Assembly: GCA_044892505.1 (NCBI GenBank)
Contig: CM097883.1
Coordinates: 132,680,001 to 132,717,061, forward strand
Length of the DNA stretch: 37,061 nucleotides
Direction: 5' to 3'
From: Schmidtea nova
Taxonomy: Eukaryota
Part shown: positions 32,236 to 37,061 of the stretch, piece after piece
How the letters are laid out: each line of letters opens with the position of its first letter
How positions within the stretch are numbered: the stretch's first letter is position 1
Program-made: the position numbers and the translations under genes
The notes under the pieces: generated by a model
Database searches by the model: none
Told to the model about the DNA's origin: nothing
The model's input: only the letters and a program-made list of their open reading frames with translations

Positions 32236-32622
32236 CTACGTTTGATTTTCTGTCACTCGCGAACTATAATCTTTTAAACTTTTCCTTTCATCACCACTTG
32301 ATATTGAATAAAAACGCACTAATTCCCCTATTTTATTCATATTTACCCTGTCTTCATGAATACCTAATTTAATATTTTTAGCAACTTGATCATAGAAATT
32401 TTTATAATTACTTTTATCTCCCATTACTCCTACAAAAAGTTCTAAGCCTTTTCCCACTAACTCTTTTCTGATTACTTTCAAAATTTTATTTTGTTGCAAC
32501 ATTTCCCGGCTGATATTCAATAGAAGATCTTCACTGTCATAACCAGTCCACCTACTAACCTCTACACCTTTAAATATCAAGTTATCTTTTTCTATACATG
32601 TTGCCTCGTAAGCAGGTGACAC
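32236..32622 (-). pseudogene. HSP90: Cytosolic Hsp90 middle-domain fragment
   Basis: [25 protein letters not shown]; [20 protein letters not shown]; [20 protein letters not shown], matching Hsp90 [25 protein letters not shown]...[10 protein letters not shown]...SGDEMVSLKDY..RMKENQ. Confidence 0.95.
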
Positions 32623-32657
32623 AATTTTATCTCTTTGTCTATTTAATTCAATAAATG

Positions 32658-32718
32658 ATCTTTGTTTATTTTCAACTTTATTAAAATCTTTATGAAAAGT
32701 TTGAAAATAAACAAAGAT
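32658..32718. repeat. 18-bp perfect inverted repeat with 25-nt spacer
   Basis: ATCTTTGTTTATTTTCAA (32658-32675) / TTGAAAATAAACAAAGAT (32701-32718). Confidence 0.8.
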
Positions 32719-32859
32719 AATTTTGGAATGATGTTCATATTTTTTTGTTCGTGATGATTGAGGTAATACTAATAAAATTTTATTGATGTAATTATTTATT
32801 TTGGTCTGCCGATTGAAAACCTTATCAATAATTTATAGATTGATTATTGAATAAGTGAC

Positions 32860-33028
32860 AAAATGGACAATAAACCTTCTATCGGTCGCGTTTGAACCCA
32901 CTGTGATGTTCGGTCATTCATAGTTTCGACATCCACAAGATGGTTTTGACTAATGATTTATGTGTTGAGTTGTTGATGGGATCCATAACAACGCCGAGAT
33001 AATGTTGACGATCAACAACCCACCATAT
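32860..33028 (+). repeat. Dispersed repeat family B, copy 3 (internally deleted)
   Basis: Aligns with 13400-13632 but lacks ~65 bp of the middle. Confidence 0.8.
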
Positions 33029-33719
33029 TTATAGCAGAAAGTTGTACATTCAGTACAAATTCTACTTACAGATTTTGTCTGTTATTACTGGAATCTTCAA
33101 TATAAGCTATAATTCTCATGTCTCCGTCACATTTTCACATTGATGGCGATAATTTCATGATTTTCCTAATTAAATATTTTTAAAAATATTTATTTATGTA
33201 TTGATTTAAATATATAATTTAAATTGATTTAAAATTTAAATTACATTGTTTTTTATGTCATGTCTAATTTTTTTAAACAATTTTATAATTCACTCAAGCC
33301 ATTTAACATTTTGAAATATTTGTGTTTTGTTTTTGTTTAAGTCACTTGAAAAAGGCAGATTTTAAAACATTTACATTTTAGATTATTTTCTTAACTTTAC
33401 TAAGTAAAAATTTTTTAAAGCTTAATTTCTTAAAATTTTACAAATTTCATTATTTCAAATTTTAAGTTTTTTAAAAAAACTCAATTTCTTTCAGAAAATT
33501 TGTTTTGTTTTCCATTTGTACATTTTTATATATCGACATTTATATAAATTTCGTTTAAAATGTCGAATTGTACTCACTATGGTATGCTCACAGGAAGGAA
33601 AATATATTTCCATGTCATGACAAAAAGTGATTTGGTAGATAAAGTGAAAAGAATCTTAACACGATTAGATGCAAAAGTAAGAAGAGTATATTGTTTCTTT
33701 CTTGTATCTTTCTTGTCTG

Positions 33720-34610
33720 TAGATTATGGAATTTTATGATGAAGATAACATTAATTTGATTATTTATAAACAATTGGACTTGAAAACGTCTGATACAGAG
33801 CAGAAAAGTAGCAACATAGCTAAATTTCAACCGAAACGACGATGCTTAGAATCATGCATTCAGAATATTGTAGATATTGAATGGAGATTTTTATTTTCAA
33901 CATTAATTATAGTTATTAAACAGTAAAATCAACGATTCCAATGAAACATTGCGTGGATCCGATTTATCTCTATCTCGTATTCTAGCCCAAGCCAAAGAAA
34001 AAGGATGCAAAACAATGCTTCTAAACGGTAAACAGGGCTTTTCGTGTTATATTTGATAAAATTGATTTTCTCTTTAGACTTGTGGCAATGGTTAAGAAAC
34101 TATTATAAGTGGTTGATAGAGGTTGATTTTTTGTATGAAGCAATTCATAGATATATAGATAAACCGTATCAATTCAGATCGATGAACCGGAATATTCAAT
34201 TGTTAATAATCCACTTTTAGATGAACACAATCACAGTTGGTTTTTTTTGCGGTGGAATATTGATTGTAATGATTATGATGTTTATTCAGTTAAATTTCTT
34301 CAATGTCCGTCAATGAAAATCTACAATCCGTTTGGAAATATGGCATCAATTGCCAAACAAATCGTAAAAATTAATAAGCAAATGTGGAAGGAATTCACTA
34401 ATGAACAACTGGAGTTGTCAGCGGTAACGGAGTTTAAACGGTATTATTCTTTGCAGATTTACTAAATGTCTATTGATATTGACAATTTTTAAATTTAGGA
34501 ACAGCACAGGGACATCTAGAAATAGAGCAACTAAGAATAGTGGTGTCAATAGCTCGTCGGAATATTGCCATATGTGTGGACAGTTCTGTAAAGATCTTTA
34601 TCAGGTTGGT
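33720..34610 (+). other. Possible multi-exon gene remnant, unidentified
   Basis: Several ~50-bp GT..TTAG/CAG intron-like segments separating protein-like pieces (GSDLSLSRILAQAKEKGCKTMLLN; KQMWKEFTNEQLEL; GTAQGHLEIEQLRIVVSIARR); no family recognised. Confidence 0.3.
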
Positions 34611-34811
34611 TGGGGATTATATGCCAGTTATTTATTTCAAACGCTTTGCAATTTTTTATTTATTAATTTTGCCTTTACCTATGTTTCAGAAATATATCTG
34701 TTTATTAATAATATCATTTTGTATCAATCTATTGCAAATAATTATTCACTGTAAATTAATTAATTAAAGTAATTATTATTATTAATTATTATTATTCTTA
34801 ATAATTTAATT

Positions 34812-35345
34812 NNNNNNNNNNNNNNNNNNNNNNNNNNNNNNNNNNNNNNNNNNNNNNNNNNNNNNNNNNNNNNNNNNNNNNNNNNNNNNNNNNNNNNNNN
34901 NNNNNNNNNNNNNNNNNNNNNNNNNNNNNNNNNNNNNNNNNNNNNNNNNNNNNNNNNNNNNNNNNNNNNNNNNNNNNNNNNNNNNNNNNNNNNNNNNNNN
35001 NNNNNNNNNNNNNNNNNNNNNNNNNNNNNNNNNNNNNNNNNNNNNNNNNNNNNNNNNNNNNNNNNNNNNNNNNNNNNNNNNNNNNNNNNNNNNNNNNNNN
35101 NNNNNNNNNNNNNNNNNNNNNNNNNNNNNNCTTTGTTTTTCAAGACATCATTTATGAAGAACTGCAACATCTTTCTTTGCACTTTTCGGGTGTTCTTCAA
35201 CGATCTTGATGATCTTATATTTTTTATCGTACGTTTTAGTCCGCTAATTGCGTTTTTCAGCCAAAGCCTACTCCCGTAAGACTTCTAAAGCAATCGCAGA
35301 TTTAAAAAATTAAGATAAATATTTTCCTAGAAAGTAAATAACTCG

Positions 35346-35409
<64 letters not shown>

Positions 35410-35966
35410 TATTATATTATTATTCTTATTCTTATTATTATTTATTATATTATTNNNNNNNNNNNNNNNNNNNNNNNNNNNNNNNNNNNNNNNNNNNNNN
35501 NNNNNNNNNNNNNNNNNNNNNNNNNNNNNNNNNNNNNNNNNNNNNNNNNNNNNNNNNNNNNNNNNNNNNNNNNNNNNNNNNNNNNNNNNNNNNNNNNNNN
35601 NNNNNNNNNNNNNNNNNNNNNNNNNNNNNNNNNNNNNNNNNNNNNNNNNNNNTGATTATTAATATTAATTATTAATATNNNNNNNNNNNNNNNNNNNNNN
35701 NNNNNNNNNNNNNNNNNNNNNNNNNNNNNNNNNNNNNNNNNNNNNNNNNNNNNNNNNNNNNNNNNNNNNNNNNNNNNNNNNNNNNNNNNNNNNNNNNNNN
35801 NNNNNNNNNNNNNNNNNNNNNNNNNNNNNNNNNNNNNNNNNNNNNNNNNNNNNNNNNNNNNNNNNNNNNNNNNNNNNNNNNNNNNNNNNNNNNNNNNNNN
35901 NNNNNNNNNNNNNNNNNNNNNNNNNNNNNNNNNNNNNNNNNNNNNNNNNNNNNNNNNNNNNNNNNN
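34812..35966. repeat. (TTA)n microsatellite region with three N-gaps
   Basis: N at 34812-35130, 35455-35652 and 35679-35966; (TTA)n visible at ~35349-35454. Confidence 0.9.
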
Positions 35967-36002
35967 CATTATTAATATCATTAATATTTTTTTATTAATA
36001 TT

Positions 36003-36790
36003 ATTTTATCACCTTTAAACTAATCTCCACGCAATTCAATTTACTCGTGACAACATTTAATCCAGTCCTTTGGTACAGCCATGAATCTCTCCCTCGGTTT
36101 TTTTGCCTAAATGCTATCAAAACGCGTTCCTAGAAATGGAGCTTTATCTGGTAAGTTTTGTGAATGCTCAGTTTCACTAAAAATTGTTGAATAATCAATG
36201 AATTATGTGATGGTGCGTTATCATAATGCAAAATTCGATAATCTTTTCTCGTGTAAGGTGTTTTGAAACACATAAGTTCACACAAACGTTTCATAACGCC
36301 AATGTAATACTCTTTATTGACCGTTTGTCTTTCGGAAGAAATTCATAATGAACAACAGCATTGGAATCGAACACGGCCTTTTTGGACATAAATCTACGGA
36401 TTTATTTTTGATTTGTGGCTCATCCGAAGACTACCATTGACTGAATTGATATTTTATCTGTGTGTCATTCATAAACCCATGTCCCGTCACCACTAGTTAT
36501 CCTTTGAATAAGTTTTGAATCTGAATCTTAGCTGCAAAGTATCTCCTTAGCAAATTCAAGACGTTGTAACACATTCAGTTTAGTTGGGACAAGTAAAGCA
36601 GCAACACATTCTAAACACAAATCATCACGTAAATGTTCTTCTACTGTTTTCATTTTCTTGTTTTCGGTGATCATTACATTAATTCTTTCGATGGCTTTGG
36701 ATCATCTTTTACTATTTCACTACAACTTCCAACCACATTCTTTTTGATTGCGCTAGATTATAACTACTAAAAAATGCGATTGTCATTTTA
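36003..36790 (-). pseudogene. Mariner (D,D34D) transposase remnant
   Basis: IQRITSGDGTWVY; VFDSNAVVHYEFLP; RQTVNKEYYIGVMKRL; ILHYDNAPSHNSL; GTRFDSI; terminal GD*FKGDKI; the YSPDL segment is deleted; frameshifts. Confidence 0.88.
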
Positions 36791-37061
36791 TGGGTTTTAT
36801 ATGTAGTTAATTATAATTTATATAATAATTGAATGTTTGTGATTACAAACTCCTAAAAAACGATCGAAAAATTCACATAATTGATTGACAATGTTCTCTC
36901 CTTCCAGCACATCAATAACAATCAACACAAGCTATTTGCCGACAATCCATCTAATTTCTCTGATATCGACTCCTTCATTGCTCAAGTTCCGAAAATTGAA
37001 GATTTTTTTGTTTTCCGGCAATCGTTATGGGAAAAGCAGAGACAATTGAAAATATCTATTG

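Noticed and set aside
2021-32622. Alternative genetic code or stop-codon readthrough explaining the many in-frame stops
   Set aside because: Stops replace different residues (Trp in pPolB, Lys in the RT 'CHL*NT', Glu in ubiquitin '*SAL'), TGG is used normally, and frameshifts co-occur. Ordinary decay fits better.
31972-32622. Functional host HSP90 or polyubiquitin genes
   Set aside because: Only a middle fragment of Hsp90 with many substitutions; the ubiquitin lacks Met1 and has 8 changes; both are fused to Gag and flanked by stops.

Overview
AT-rich eukaryotic DNA with short (~50 bp) GT-AG introns, made almost entirely of nested and decayed mobile elements, with four N-gaps. The host cannot be identified from sequence alone. 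(1) 1 to ~15.6 kb is Polinton/Maverick (adintovirus-like) territory. An outer element carries a pX/pVII-like core ORF, a basic ORF, an FtsK-type packaging ATPase, a divergent TBP-like gene and a small spliced gene. Its possible right terminus is an AP-1/CRE-rich region ending near 15.6 kb. The ATPase is split by a second, 8,258-bp Polinton derivative (991-9248, 6-bp TSD CTAGAT). This inner element has ~1.5-kb inverted arms and a single ~1,240-codon pPolB broken by 3 stops and 1 frameshift, with no recognisable integrase or capsid gene. (2) 16-27 kb holds a Cys-rich secreted-type ORF, two TA-flanked non-autonomous DNA elements, a degraded acidic ORF, a Ty3/gypsy integrase-PPT-LTR-PBS-gag junction and a Penelope-like RT. 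(3) 27-37 kb holds a highly divergent alpha-tubulin-like pseudogene, a hAT transposase fragment, a single-frame Hsp90-ubiquitin-ubiquitin-Bel/Pao Gag chimera, microsatellites/gaps and a mariner remnant. All family assignments come from motifs recognised by eye; no database search was run.
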